NCBI GenBank assembly: GCA_048013815.1
Contig: CM106586.1
Location: 21,824,001-21,888,000 of the forward strand
DNA from: Setoptus koraiensis
Lineage: Eukaryota > Animalia > Arthropoda
Length of the DNA: 64,000 nucleotides
Direction: 5' to 3'
The notes under the pieces are model-generated. The model had not been told where the DNA came from. It worked only from the letters and a program-made list of their open reading frames with translations, and searched no databases. The position numbers and the translations under genes are program-made. Every line of letters starts with the position of its first letter. Within the stretch, counting starts at the first letter, position 1. Positions 41,508 to 54,445 of this stretch are shown here, piece by piece.

Positions 41508-43109
41508 TCAATAATTTTGACTGGTCTGCTGATTCAACCTTAGCAGGGGTTGCATTAGCATGGCCAAAGTTTGTAGTTGGGCAAGAGTTTCCAATGCTGA
41601 TGGATCTACCATTTGATTGGTGTCCAGTAAGTTAGATCCGTCCATTAATGAGGATGGTGACATGCTATTAATAAAATTACTTAATTGGGTGGTGCCATTC
41701 GGTGAATCGTCTGAGGTGTTGTTGAGGGTTGTGTTTGTCGTAATAGGTGAGTTGTTTGTTGTTGTATAGTTGCAAGCTTTGTTGTTACTTTGCTGTTGTT
41801 GTTGCAGATGCTGATGGTGGTTGGTGATGTGATTTGTCAAGTTTAGTTTATTAATTTGGGCAAGGTGATTTAAGTTAATATTGAGATTTGGATTGTTGAG
41901 GTGATTCAAATTCAAATTTAAATGATTCAAATGATTTAGATTGAGATGATTCAAATTATTCAAATTATTTAAATGATTAAGATTCAGGTGTTGATGGTGG
42001 TTCGTTTGGTGTTGTTCTTTTTTGCCTTTCTTAATAATTCTCGACGAATCTCTATCTCGGTATTTTCCACTGCTGTTATTATTCTGATGTTTAGTATTAC
42101 TGATGGCATTATTGTTGGCTTGTTGTTGTTGTATCACTTCTTGTTTTGTGATTCGCGTCTGATTTGCGGTAGCTTGAGACATTTGATTAGTGGCGTTGAT
42201 ATTATGTGTATTGTTTGTTGTAGGGCTGTTTGTGGTGGTTCTGTTGTTGTGGTTGTTTTGATTGTTAGTGGTTGCTGATGTGCCATTGTTGTTCGATTGT
42301 GAGGTGGTTGTATCAATTTGTTGTTGAGTTGGTGTTGGTGTTGTGGTTATAGGTGTTGGCGTAGACGATTGAAGATTGTTGTTGTCCAGAGGATTTGTTG
42401 TTAGTTGTGGTGTTAAATTGAGCATTTGCATTTGTTGTGCAGCCGCTGCAGCCAATGACACAATATCTCTGTCAACAATATCAGGTGGAAATGGATTTGC
42501 GGTTCTTCCATCATGAGGATTTAATTTTCTCCTTGTGTTTGGTGTGTGCAATTTTGGATTTGGGTTAGCCGAATGCCTATTGCGTGACCTGCGTGAACTA
42601 AATACCATGGAGCAACCCTCAACTGTGCACTTGTGCATCTCTCTCAAGTGAACAGCACTGAAATGAATTTTTAGCGCCCCTTTATCACAGAATGTCTTAA
42701 GACAAACATTACATTTGACACGTTTTTTACCAGTAGTGGGATTTGTTGTTAATTGACTAAGTATTCGTTTGGGATTGTTTGTGCTGTTGTTGTTTTGGTT
42801 TTGGTGTTGGCTGTGATTTGCACTGCTACTGTTGTTGCTGCTACTGTGATTACTATTGTTGTTGCTGTTAGTAATAAGACTTGGCGTGCTGCAATTACTA
42901 TTATTTAATTGATCCATGTTCATTTGCATGTGGCTCATGTGATGATGTGCGCCTAGATGATGGTGGTCACTGTCTAGCATGTCGATGTCAATGTCGTCGT
43001 TGTTGTCGCTGTTGTGCTGGTTCATGTTGCTGACGGAACCGTTGGAGTCTTCTTCGATGTCGTGTCCGCCTGCGGACTCGACCACGGACAAATCTAGCGC
43101 GTCGTACAT
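41508..43109 (-). CDS. disco: Disconnected (disco)/basonuclin-family zinc-finger transcription factor (533 aa, single ORF)
   Basis: Diagnostic finger pair [61 protein letters not shown]; the remainder is N/Q/T/H low complexity. Only one finger pair is visible (disco-like rather than the two-pair disco-r); extra exons are not excluded. Confidence 0.93.
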   Translation of the reverse strand: MYDALDLSVVESAGGHDIEEDSNGSVSNMNQHNSDNNDDIDIDMLDSDHHHLGAHHHMSHMQMNMDQLNNSNCSTPSLITNSNNNSNHSSSNNSSSANHSQHQNQNNNSTNNPKRILSQLTTNPTTGKKRVKCNVCLKTFCDKGALKIHFSAVHLREMHKCTVEGCSMVFSSRRSRNRHSANPNPKLHTPNTRRKLNPHDGRTANPFPPDIVDRDIVSLAAAAAQQMQMLNLTPQLTTNPLDNNNLQSSTPTPITTTPTPTQQQIDTTTSQSNNNGTSATTNNQNNHNNRTTTNSPTTNNTHNINATNQMSQATANQTRITKQEVIQQQQANNNAISNTKHQNNNSSGKYRDRDSSRIIKKGKKEQHQTNHHQHLNLNHLNNLNNLNHLNLNHLNHLNLNLNHLNNPNLNINLNHLAQINKLNLTNHITNHHQHLQQQQQSNNKACNYTTTNNSPITTNTTLNNTSDDSPNGTTQLSNFINSMSPSSLMDGSNLLDTNQMVDPSALETLAQLQTLAMLMQPLLRLNQQTSQNY

Positions 43110-44016
43110 GTTTGCTGCTGTTGCTATCTGGCTGGCTGGCTGATCGGTTGCTTACTTGCGATGATTACTTGACGATGATCGTAATTAATAATTAATAAAA
43201 TGTCGTGCGCGTTAATTAACTGAAATAAATTCGTGTTGTGGGAGATCGTGGTTGAGGCCGTCGAATTGCAATATCGTTGTTTGAATATTGTTGTTGAGCA
43301 CTCACTGCTTGCATGTGTGGCTTGCACTGAATTGTGTGTGTGTGTGTGTGCGAGTGTGTCAACTGTGTGTGCGAGGGGAATGTTCGACTGCGAGTGTGTG
43401 CGCCGCCGAATGTTTTGACGTTGGCTCAAATGCGATGTCGATGCGTTGATCGAATGCGCGATGCGACTGTTTGTGTGCGTTGACGATATATCACCCTATA
43501 TAGATGGCAGACTGCAGATAGTCGTAGTATTATATTTAGTAGTGAGTGTGTATGCGCACACTTCCACTGCCAAACTCATACTGATTGTGTTTGTGTGTTA
43601 ATGTCAAATAATCAGTTTTAGTGGCAGCAGTGGTGCGTTTTGTCAGCCATGTCTGAGACAATCTGCGCACAAATTCTATATATAGACCTATACCAGTGCT
43701 GCTAGATGGCAGTGCCTTCCCCCCGGCCGTTTGTTCGACTTGATGGCATGCACTAACTAACACTGTAACTGTTATCTCTGTGTCGCCGTGTGTGTGTCGC
43801 ATTTGTCGAATGTGTGCGCAACACAACATGCGCAGTTGGCCATCCTTTCTCATGGCATGACATGAGACTGTGTGTGTGTGCGACTATCGTTCTTGTCTCT
43901 GTCTGCTTCTCTTTGTGGCTTCAACCGGCTGCGACCGGCGCGGTCGCAACTGGCGCGGCCGCAACTGGCGCGGCTGCAATCGGTGCGGTGCGGCGCGGCT
44001 CGGTCGGGCTCGCTGT

Positions 44017-44067
44017 GAGCGGGCTGTGAGCGGGCGCTGAGCGGGCCGTGAGCGGGCGCCGAGCGGG
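44017..44067. repeat. 11-bp-period array of GAGCGGG (5 copies)
   Basis: GAGCGGG starts at 44017, 44028, 44039, 44050, 44061. Confidence 0.9.
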
Positions 44068-44741
44068 CGTGTGAATCCGATGGCCGGTCGAGCATCCGAG
44101 CCGCCGAGTCTATTTGTGCGACTTGTGAGTGTGTTTGATTTATTTATCTTTATTCATTCAATTTTGTGTGTGAGTCTGGCGTTGCGTTGTGAATTTGTTT
44201 TCAAAATATCATGTTTCGCACCCATGGCTGAGAGAGGCGCACAAAGGCGCACAAATAACAGCACAACGCAACACGACAACTGCATGCAACATGCACGCCG
44301 CTTGTATAACTGCCAACAAGTCATGTAATCAGGCCAGCCAGCGAGATGTCCTGAAGGCAACATTAGACGACAATGTTAGGCCATGTCATGATTATTTCGT
44401 TATTATGGTCGCTGGCAAGACTGCACCGGCAACCAATTGCAACTGGCGGCCGCGATTGTGTGATTGGCGCCGGCCACTCTACTATCATAGTAGTGCTATG
44501 GATGCGCCGTGGATAGGCCGTCAATGTGGCGCGCACAAGCTGCTGACAACTAACCGGCGCCCATGGATACTCGCCCGAATAATCGCCTTTAACACTAATG
44601 AGCCATCGCTCACTCAAGGCAATCGAGGCACGACATCCGACAGTCACATACATGCATTAATGTCAGACATGACGCTCGCTTGTCTCGCTGCAGCCTCATT
44701 AATTGGCTTCAACACTTTGCTCAATAGCGTTCACTCGGTAG

Positions 44742-44871
44742 CATTCACGTTGCACCATTGAGTCGATAGCATTCAGTCAATAGCACTCAGTCTGCACCAT
44801 TCAGTCAATAGCATTCAGTCTGCACCATTGAGTCAGTGTGCACCGTTGAGTGTGCACCATTCAGTCGGCAC
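44742..44871. repeat. Degenerate 14-bp minisatellite (CATTCAGTC + AATAG/TGCAC), about 9 units
   Basis: Units cattcacgttgcac, cattgagtcgatag, cattcagtcaatag, cactcagtctgcac, cattcagtcaatag, cattcagtctgcac, cattgagtcagtgtgcac, cgttgagtgtgcac, cattcagtcggcac. Confidence 0.9.
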
Positions 44872-47392
44872 CAGCCAGCCAGTGCCAGCCAGCCAGTCAG
44901 TGCGCCACAAGGCACCGCGACCACAATAAACATGATATGCGACATTTGCACCGCCAACCTATATGCCAACTGCAGACTGTGTTGTTTTAACTCGATCGCT
45001 AGAAAATCTTCAGACAATTATCATTATCTAACACACACTCGTCGTTTCCATTGGTTGCCGCTGCTAACACTCGCCTGTCAGTTATGTATAATATTTCACG
45101 GCATTGTTATTGTTTGCGAGCACGCTCTATGTTTACGTTTTGTGCACAACACCGTTCGCTCTCCGCCCTGCCAGCCAATGCAAAACTGGGGCCCGCTTGT
45201 TAACATTACAACACCGCCGACGACGGGCAGTCAGCGCGGCCACACACTGTCGAGACGCTGTCGCCAACGGTGAACACTGAACCGCGGTCACCTGGTCGCC
45301 GGACAATTGCGACAAACGGTTTGTCTAGCAATTTGCATTTAGCGGTAATTTCCGTTTATCGGCAATTTTCGTTTATCGGCAATTTTATTTTTATTTTTGT
45401 TCTTGTTTTTTTTTTGTTTTCATATAAAATCTACAAATGCGACTGGCCCGGCCAGCGCCGCGCTGCGGCGCACGATTCTTGCACACGACCGGCACATGAG
45501 CAGCGACTGTGCCTGGTAGCGGGCATAAATGCGCCAAATGTGCCAGAGCGCGCCATTGGCAGCAACGGCGGCGTTACACATTTACAGCGCGCTGTGAGCT
45601 TGCAATCGAGCGATCGTGCTCGCTCGCAAGCAGTTGATAACTTATGCAAAGCCCGCTCGCAACAACGACAACAACAACAATATCATCATGATCATTAATT
45701 ATGATTTGCTGCCACTATCAGCTGGAGCCGCGATAATGGCTATAGGTGAACGTTGTCGCTGTTGGCGTGGTTGCTGTCGCTGTTGTCGTGGTTGCTGTTG
45801 TTGTTGTCGTTGTCGCTGTTGCTGTTGTTGGCGTGGTTGTTGCTGTTGTTGGCGTGGTTGTTGCTGTTGTTCGAGGCGCTCCGTGGCTGGACAAGTTGTT
45901 GCTCATTGCTCATGTGACCCGGTGTGTACGCGCCATCTTGTACGGCATGACCTTAGCCGTGATGCGCCCTGTTGGCCGATTGGCCGAAGCCACTGAGCCA
46001 AAGGGCCAGTGAGCCAGCGAGGACACTCGTCGGCTGGCGGAGATCGTGACGACGAGATTATTAATATTATTTCGCATGATTTATCTCTGCTGTTTGGTCA
46101 CAATTTGTTTGCTCTGCTCGCTGCGACTTTTCTCCGCTCGTTGCGCTCGGGCTGGCGTGTCGCCCATGGCCGCTGGATTCTGCTGGCGATGCGGTAACAT
46201 GACTTTTCGTTTTTGTTTTCGTTTGTTGTTGTTGCTGCTGATCGCATGCCGATAATTTGCTGCCCGCCTGGCCGAGTGAGTTACTCACACACACACACAC
46301 AAATATCCGCACAAACGGATATTGCGGCAATCAATTGGTGTGTGTGTCGTATCAGCCCGAGCGAGTCGTGCTGGCCGGCCGGCCAGCGGGCCGGTGCGGC
46401 GGCGCTGTCCCGTCGGCTGATGTCTCCCTCAAGTTGGGAGTCGCTGCCCAGTGAGCGGGCACAAACGGCACGAATGGCGCAAGTGGCGTTAATAGAGGGC
46501 CGCACTAATTGCTTTGGCCGCTCTCTCTCTCTCTCTCTCTTGCTCCGCTTGCCCATTGCCGCTTGCCGATTGCCGCATCAGCGATGCCGGCAATGTCAGC
46601 GATGCCGGCAGTGTCAGTGATGCCGGCAGTGTCGGCTAATCGGGACGCAGCGGCGGCCGGGATAAAGCGGCATGGGGGCATGGCCAGGCGCTCGGCGGAC
46701 ACCTTGATTATCAAGTTAATTAGTAGTTGTCGATGTGCACGAAAATGCAACGAAAATATTGAGTGGCCGACAAGCGCTCACAAGCGCCGAATGTTCGCGG
46801 GACACAACAAGCTTGCTCAACATTGATTCATTTGAATACAATTTGAATGCGAATGCCAATGCGAATGTGAATGTGCGTTCCAATGCGCATTCGAATCTGC
46901 ATGAAAAGTGTAGCAGCGATCAAACATCGCATAACATAATCAAGGCGACACACCTATAAGTGCGCGTATAAATTGCATTGAAACACTGGCCATGCCCGGC
47001 CATGCCAGTTGCGCAACGACACGGCCAAACGGCGAGATATTTGCTATTCTAATATATTCTGGCGAGCGCGCAATTGCAGCCCGTCTGGCCACTCTATACG
47101 AGGCATTATCGAGCCCGGACTGGGCACTGCGCACGCCGGACGTTGCAAGCCGAGCGAGCCGCGGATGACACAAACGATGACATTGCGCAATTCAAGTGTC
47201 TTGCGGGCTGCCCCCGCAAGCGACTCGGCTCGGCTAGGCGAGCGTGTGCGCGAGTTGGCCCTGTTGCGCAATGCAAATAATGCAAATGTGCGGCAAACGT
47301 CTGCAAACGGCCGGCGAATATTTTCATTGCCAACTCATTGCCAGCGCTCAATAGTTACCGCTGGCCAATATTACGTAACACTGGCCAATGCC

Positions 47393-47456
47393 GCATAACA
47401 CTCGCCGATACTGCATAACACTGGCCAGCGTTATGCAGTATTGGCCAGTGCTATGT
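47393..47456. repeat. Long quasi-palindrome / fold-back
   Basis: Core 47408-47441 ATACTGCATAAC-A-CTGGCCAG-C-GTTATGCAGTAT (34 bp, one mismatched pair); pairing extends outward to about 47393/47456 with 2 more mismatches and G-T pairs. Confidence 0.85.
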
Positions 47457-49161
47457 ATTACATAATGCTGGCCAATGGTACATTACGCAATAGTAGTGGT
47501 AGCCATTGGCTAGTGGCAACAATTATTACTGCCGGCTGCATGCTACATATCGCTGTATATCGCCGGCCAGTATTATGCAATCTGCGCGATCTGACGCTCG
47601 CTAATACGAAACACATACTACACACATACACTGATACTTGGGCCAGTTGGCCAATAATTGGCCACTGCAGCCAATGATGCAGCGCGACATGATGCGGCCA
47701 CCGGTTTGCCAGAGCACCGAGCGATCAGCTGACACTGCAACGATACACCGGCGACACCGCCAGCTAAACAGACAGTAAGCGAGACTGCTGGCCAGAGCGA
47801 CTTTTTGGTTTGGTGTACACTTTTGTATCACGAAGGCTGCTTGCTCATCGAGCCGGACTGGTCAAACAAGAACAACAACGACAACAACAACGACAACAAC
47901 AAATAATAATACTCAAATATGCAAAGGTCGTGCTCGCAATACCCAGACGCCCGATATGCCGCCAGGGCAACTGTGCCGGGGGTAGCGAGCGGTACCCTTG
48001 GTTTTAATCGATGCTGCTGGCTCGGCCGCTGGACAGTGTGGCGTTCGTGAGTCGGGCCAGCGCAACGAGATTAGTTGTAACACTGGCAGCGCTGGCCGGA
48101 CTGGCAATGCTCACAATACGGGTAGCTCGCACAACGCACAACAAGACAACAAATTGAGCCGACCGACCGACCATTTACAGGTAGAGACACAGTTTACAGG
48201 TAGACACACTCAGGTATGCAGTGTATGCAAAGCAGCGAAACAACAACAACGAGCGCTCAGTTGTCGCAAGTTGCGCTGGTCAAGTTCATTATTATTATTA
48301 TTACAATATTACTGGCCAGCGCGGCGGCGGCGGCATTATTATTGCGCAACGCCGGCCAGACACTGACAAGTGCAAGGCATCTCATGAGTGCTCACGCCTC
48401 ATTAATGTGATTACGTAATGGCGATGGCGGCATCAATATATAATATATGTGCGCTCATGAGCAGTCGAGCCGACGACGACAGCGGCACCAGCAACGACGA
48501 CGACAACAACTCGCCCGATCGCCAATGACCAGACGGCCAACGGAGACAACTATTGCGCAACATGCCGATACTCATTGATCGGCGCTGTCGTTGTGTCGCC
48601 GGCGACAGAGTGTGTGTGCGTGTGTGTGTGCGTTGCACCTGTCGCGGCGCCGACGACTCGCCGTGCCAGTGGCGGCCAATGGCTCAGCAAGTTGCCGGCA
48701 CTGATGCAGTTGCGAGCCGGCGAGTCACTGCAAGCGGCCGATTGATGCCGACGTGGAAGTAACAAGTTGCGGTCAAATGTTGCCGCTTACGTCATCATCG
48801 GTGTGTGTGTGTGTGCGTTGCGTAACAAGCAAACAAATGGCATAAACAGCAGCGACGAGCCAGCGACGAGCCGACGACGAGCAGCAAAAACAAGTTGTTG
48901 TTGTTGTCGTTGTTGTGCGCCAACAACGGCGTCTACTCGCTTGATTGCCGGACCACCCCTATAAACTTCTCAGAGACAAACGGCCAAACAGGTGAGCTGC
49001 TTGCGCGGCAAGTTTCACAACAACTTGCCAGTCAGCTAACGAGCTACAACGCAAATGACACAACGACAAGTGACATTTGCAACACACACACACACACTGT
49101 TGGAAATGGCGACAGAGTTGCTGTGGCACATTATAGGACAATTGTGCACAATTGTCAAGCT

Positions 49162-49223
<62 letters not shown>
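49162..49223. repeat. (GTC)n trinucleotide microsatellite
   Basis: About 20 pure GTC units; yields the poly-V/R/D/T pseudo-ORFs. Confidence 0.95.
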
Positions 49224-49892
49224 GACACACGACGTAACCATGACAACTATATGCGGATATTTATCATATAGATGAGTGCGACAAATCGCAAAGTTCACCT
49301 GAAATTTAGCGCCTGACGCAACGATCGCGGGAGCGTGCCAGCGCACCTACGCCGCCAGACGGTGACACCGCCGCGCGGTGACGTATTCGGCTAGACTTGC
49401 CACTCGGCAGCCACTCGCCGGCTATGAGTAATAGCGATATCGTCACTCGAGGCTCCCATCGATCATGACTGATATGCCCCGCGTTTCTGCGTATTTCTCT
49501 GCTTGTTTCTCTGCGCGTTTCTCTGCGTGTTTCGCTGCGTATTTCTCTCCAATTCTGCCAGATGATTTCAGGGTCAGACGGGCATCAAGTGACTGCGACG
49601 TCTCTCGTTAGTCGAGTCGCTTGTTTGCTTGCGTCTCGCGCGCTGCCGCAGCTCAGCGCAACCGGCCGCACAAACAGAATCAGTTTGGCGGGCCGGCCAA
49701 ACATCACGACCGACACGACCGGTCAGTTAGTGCCGCTGGCCGGCGGCTGACACTGGCCAGTTGCCGCCACCGGCCAGTTGGTGCGACCAGCCAGTTGGTG
49801 AGACGCCAGTGAAAGTAGATCACATGTTTATTGTGTTGCTGTTGGCAGCCGTCTCCCTCTTTACATCTTCTCCGCTCTCTTCATCCCTGTGC

Positions 49893-49987
49893 CTTCTCTC
49901 GGCTTCTCTCGGCTCGTTTCGGCTTCTCTCGGCTTCTCTCGGCTCGTTTCGGCTTCTCTCGGCTTCTCTCGGGTCGGCTCGTTTCGG
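49893..49987. repeat. 30-bp higher-order repeat built of 10-bp units (A-A-B)x3
   Basis: A=CTTCTCTCGG, B=CTCGTTTCGG; the third copy has a 5-nt insertion. Confidence 0.9.
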
Positions 49988-52483
49988 CTCTGTTGGCCGT
50001 TCTCTTGTCGCTCTCTTATCGCCGAGCAAAGGAGCGCCGAACACAAACAGGCGCTCGAGCTGTTCGAGCCGAACGAGTGAGCGAGCAAATATGACGACAG
50101 CGGGGCCACACAGTGGGCCGGCTCGCGGGCCGGCCGCACAGCTTTGGCCGGCCTGCTGTCGCCAGCGGAGCTAGCGGGCGGCCGGTGAAATGCGAGCCGA
50201 GCGTCGTGGGCGCGGCCCGCGGGCCGGCGCAAGCAAGCTGGACAGAGTGGCCGAGTGGCCAAGAATGGACCGAGAACAAGACGAGCTCATCCATCTTGGC
50301 GAGCGCTCGCGTCAGCGTCGCGCCGCAGCAACCGCGACAGCGACAACGACAGAGGCAACAGCAGCAACAGCAAAAAACAAGCGACAAACAAAGCCGAGAG
50401 ATTGTCGGCGACGAGCAACGTTGCAACAATGCGAGCGGCGAGCGGCCAGCAGCGCACACTAATGACGACGGCTGTTGTTTCTCAACGGGCACGGAATCCA
50501 GATTCGGCCGGCCGGTCGGAATGTGACTCGCCGCTGAGCTTGTTAAATATAGCGAGCGCCATTATAGTGGCGTATGCGTTCGCGGGGACAAGCTCACCTG
50601 AGTTGCAGTGTGTTGCGCAAGTTGCGGCAGAGCCCGAGTTGAGTTGCGGCACAGTGTGATGTGATCTTGAATTGTGGAATAATCTTTTCGGCGCACTTGG
50701 GCGTGCATTATTTCGCCGCTTGCCGCATGCATAATGGCGAGCCTTGTCGCCTGTTCTTTCGCGGCGCTGTTGCGCTCTCTCGCTCGCTCGTCCGTCCGTC
50801 CGCCTGTTCTGTCCGCCTGTTCTGTCCGCCTGTTCTGTCCGCAGCAATCGGCTGCGCGAATCACCTGTGCGAATCACCTGTGCAATTCCAAGAATGTGTG
50901 TAACATACGCGTGAAAAGTGTGTTTGGCTACACACACACACACACACACACTCGCTCACAAACAACAACAGCCACGGCTTACAAAGAATGCGAATGAAGC
51001 GATTTCTCTGCTTGGCATTGGCAAGCTATAATTTGGTGTGCAGCAGCAGCAGCGCCAGCGAGCCAGTTGTCTTGACAACTGTGCGCGCTGGCGCAACTTG
51101 TTTCGCTCTTTGCGCTTTTGGGTTACACTTGCCAAGCTTGCCGATTTATCGTCACAGCCATTCTAATTTGGCTGTCATATTTGGTCGCTGTTGTTGCTGT
51201 CGCCGTGGTTGTTGGCGTCGTTGTTGGCGTCGTTGTTGCTGTTGCCGTTGCTGTTGTTGCTGTCGCTGTTGTCGTCGTCGCTGGCTGGCTGGCTGGCTGT
51301 GATCACTCCGTCGCTCGCCGGCAATATAAAACAAAATTAAATTAACCCGACTCTCGTAGTTAGTTAACAGGTGAATTGTGTGTGTGTGCCGTGAATCGGT
51401 CTGATCATCTATGGAGCAATTGTGACTCGCAAGGCGGCCAACAACAACGACAACAACAACAGCCACAACGACGACAACAACAACAGCAACAACGACAGCA
51501 CAACAGCAACAACAGCAACAGCAACAACAACAGCAACCTGTTCTCCCTTTGTCTTTATGCAAGTGGCAAGTCGCGAGTCGCAAGCGGCAGCAACACAACA
51601 AAGAGCGCACAACAAACGATCTTAGGCGAAGCTGTCAAGTCTGTCGCGCTGTTGTCGCTGCGTTGCGCTGACAAACGCTGGCTGGCTTGTTGTTGTCTCT
51701 GACGTTGTTGCTGTCGCTGTTGCTGTCGCTGTTGGCTTGACATTAACAGCGCACACACACACTCGTTCGTTTGGGTCGCTCGCAAGCCATTATAATAGGT
51801 TTAAATGCATCGAAAGAACAACAAAAGAACTACCATCGATCGTATCACACAACAGCCAGCGACAGCCAGCACAGGTAAACGAATGATAATAAAGGCTCAC
51901 TCTTTTCGCTCAAGGTGAATGGCGTTAATTGTCAATCGGCGCATGATTGTCTGAATGAATATCGTGCATATTTTAAGACAACACTCACAACTCTAAATTA
52001 ATCTCACTGTCTAGCCACCGCTCGCTGCCTGGCAAGTGCCGGGCCTGGCAAGTGCCGGGCCTGACTAGTGCCGGGCCGGCTGCTCGCTGTGTCGCCCAGT
52101 CACAGCTTGCCAGTGCCACGCTCGATGGGTATTGTAGGCCTGTGACAGGTAGTCACAGGTGGCACAGGTGAGACAGGCACACAAAGGCTGGCTGACAATA
52201 TAGGCTGGCACTTGACTATTAGTCATGATTAGCAGCGACAACTTGACACTTACAAACGACACTCGCTCGGCACAGGTGAGCCGGTGTGAGCCAGTGTGAG
52301 CCAGTGCGACACACAGTGTGAGCCAGTGCGACACACGGCACAGCTCACCTGTTGTCAGCTGTGCGCCGGCGAGCACAAGCGAGCGAGCGCTGCGCACAGG
52401 TGAGCGGTGGCCAGTCGGCGAGCCAGTGCAAGAGTCAGCTGACAACTTGTGAGCGACAACAACTGGCTTGTCATTAATCAAAC

Positions 52484-52515
<32 letters not shown>

Positions 52516-54390
52516 CTCACCTGTGCTCTATAATGATACGCAATATAGTGACCTTTTGCCTGTCAGCTCGTTAGCTGTGTGTCATGCAGTGTCGCACTGC
52601 CAGTGTGTGTGTGTGTGTCGTGCGCTAACGACAACCACGGTGACAACTGCACTGGCTGACAGTTGTTGTTGTTGTTGTTGCTATAGGATCGCTGTTTAAT
52701 TTGGTTATGTCATGTTATCGCTGTCACTGTCCGCCGACACACACACAAACAAACACCGACACCGACACAAACACTGACACTGACACTGCTGGCAGCTGGT
52801 GCAGCCATTGTCGCCGACCATATGATATTGACAATTCGAGTGGGCCGCGCTCGCTCGCACACACACACACACACGACCGACACGACTGGCCGCGCAAATC
52901 GACACACGTCACACGGTTAGACAGTTAGACGGTTAGACAGGGGGCGAGCACGAGCAAGAGTCGAGTAATTGGGCTCTCGCTCGACTGAAGCCAGCGATTA
53001 ATTGGACAAGGCGCAAGCAACCGGCTGTCAATTTATCATTATTGATTGTCGCCTGGCTGCCAGTGTCAATAATTGTTTTGACAGAGCTGTTTGCAAATCG
53101 AGCGACTTGACATTTGTCCCGTTTCTGTTCGCCTTTTCCCCTTCGGCCGCGTCCGTCGACTGTTTCAAGGTTGCCGGCCACCGCGCGCCCGACTGCGCGA
53201 CTACCCGACCAGCCGACTACCCGCGCGCCCGACTGCCCGACTACCCGCGGACCTGACTAGCCGAACGCCCGATGACCCGCAAATTGGCGGCGCTCATCCG
53301 CAAACCGCAAAAATACGGTCATCGGAAAAAGCGCAAAAATACAGCCAAAGCGCAGAAATGCAGCGATGCAGCCGCGCAGTAATGCAGTGGTGAGCGCCAC
53401 TGTCACTGGCATAATCGAGTGGCAAACACATATAAATATGTCGAGCAATTTGCCGGCAGCGGGAACTCAATTGCGATCAGGTGATAATGCGAGCGACAAT
53501 GGCCAGTTGACGTGTCAAATTAAACACATTCCATTTCGCTGGCCGTTTCATTTGCGGCGCTGCTGTCTGCGGGCCGTCAGCGGGCCAAAGCGAGCGAGAC
53601 TTTCGCCAGGAATGCCCACGGCCCGGCGGCCCGGCAGCCCGGCGGCCGCAGCCCGGCGCGGCCACAACAACGCGAGCGAGAGCAGATGAAATGGTTGCCA
53701 TTATCAAGGTGGTTCAACTCGACTGTTTGTTTGCTCGCTGGCACTCGCCGTGACCCCCAGCATCACTGGCCAAACTGGTCTGGCGGCGGCCGAATGTCAT
53801 TGTGTGTCGCTGAGTGCGTCAATTGTCAGTTTGCGGGTCACTCAGCGCGGACAGCGCGCACTCGTCGGGCAGCTCGGGCGACTTGCAAAACTCGCACAAC
53901 TCGCACAAGCAATCGAAATGGGGAATTCGCTCGTCGAATCGCCAATCGAACGGCGTCGTTTCGACAGGCCGCGAGCCGCCAACGAGGAAAGTAAAGCGAC
54001 CCATTGCGACTAAATTATCGGCCTGTGCTATTAAACACTCTCGCATTGTCAGCTGCATGTTGTGGTTGTCGCGGCAGTTGTTGTCGTTGTTGTTGCTGTT
54101 GTCGCTGTGGTTGTTGTTGTTGTTGCCGTTGTTGCTGTGGTTGTTGCTGCTGTTGTTGCCGTTGTTGTCGTTGTGGTTGCTGGTGTCGGCCGTTGTGGAA
54201 ACTTGTTGAAACATTGTAGCGACTCGCAAAAAGAGCCAATCGATTTGGCTGTGCCCAAGTCACCATTGTCGTCATTAATTGTCAATTAATGATGGATCGA
54301 TCAAGTAATTGTTGGCTGTTGGCTGTTGTCGTCGCGACTCGATCGCGACTAGCGAGCAGCCAGTCGGCAGTCGCGACAGCGCCGCTCGCT

Positions 54391-54445
54391 CTCGCAACCG
54401 GCTCGCAACCGGCTCGCAACCGGCTCGCAACCGGCTCGCAACCGG
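54391..54445. repeat. 11-bp tandem repeat CTCGCAACCGG x5
   Basis: Exact copies at 54391, 54402, 54413, 54424, 54435. Confidence 0.95.

Noticed and set aside
43000-43600. Chimeric junction or contaminant at the GC transition
   Set aside because: The change is gradual through the disco 5' region, and the same CA/GT, CAA and GGCC-rich style appears in the other non-coding spacers; long reads would settle it.
48178-48216. Zelda (TAGteam CAGGTAG) sites
   Set aside because: Zelda is regarded as pancrustacean-restricted and this sequence looks mite-like; kept only as ZEB-type sites. Reconsider if the organism is an insect.
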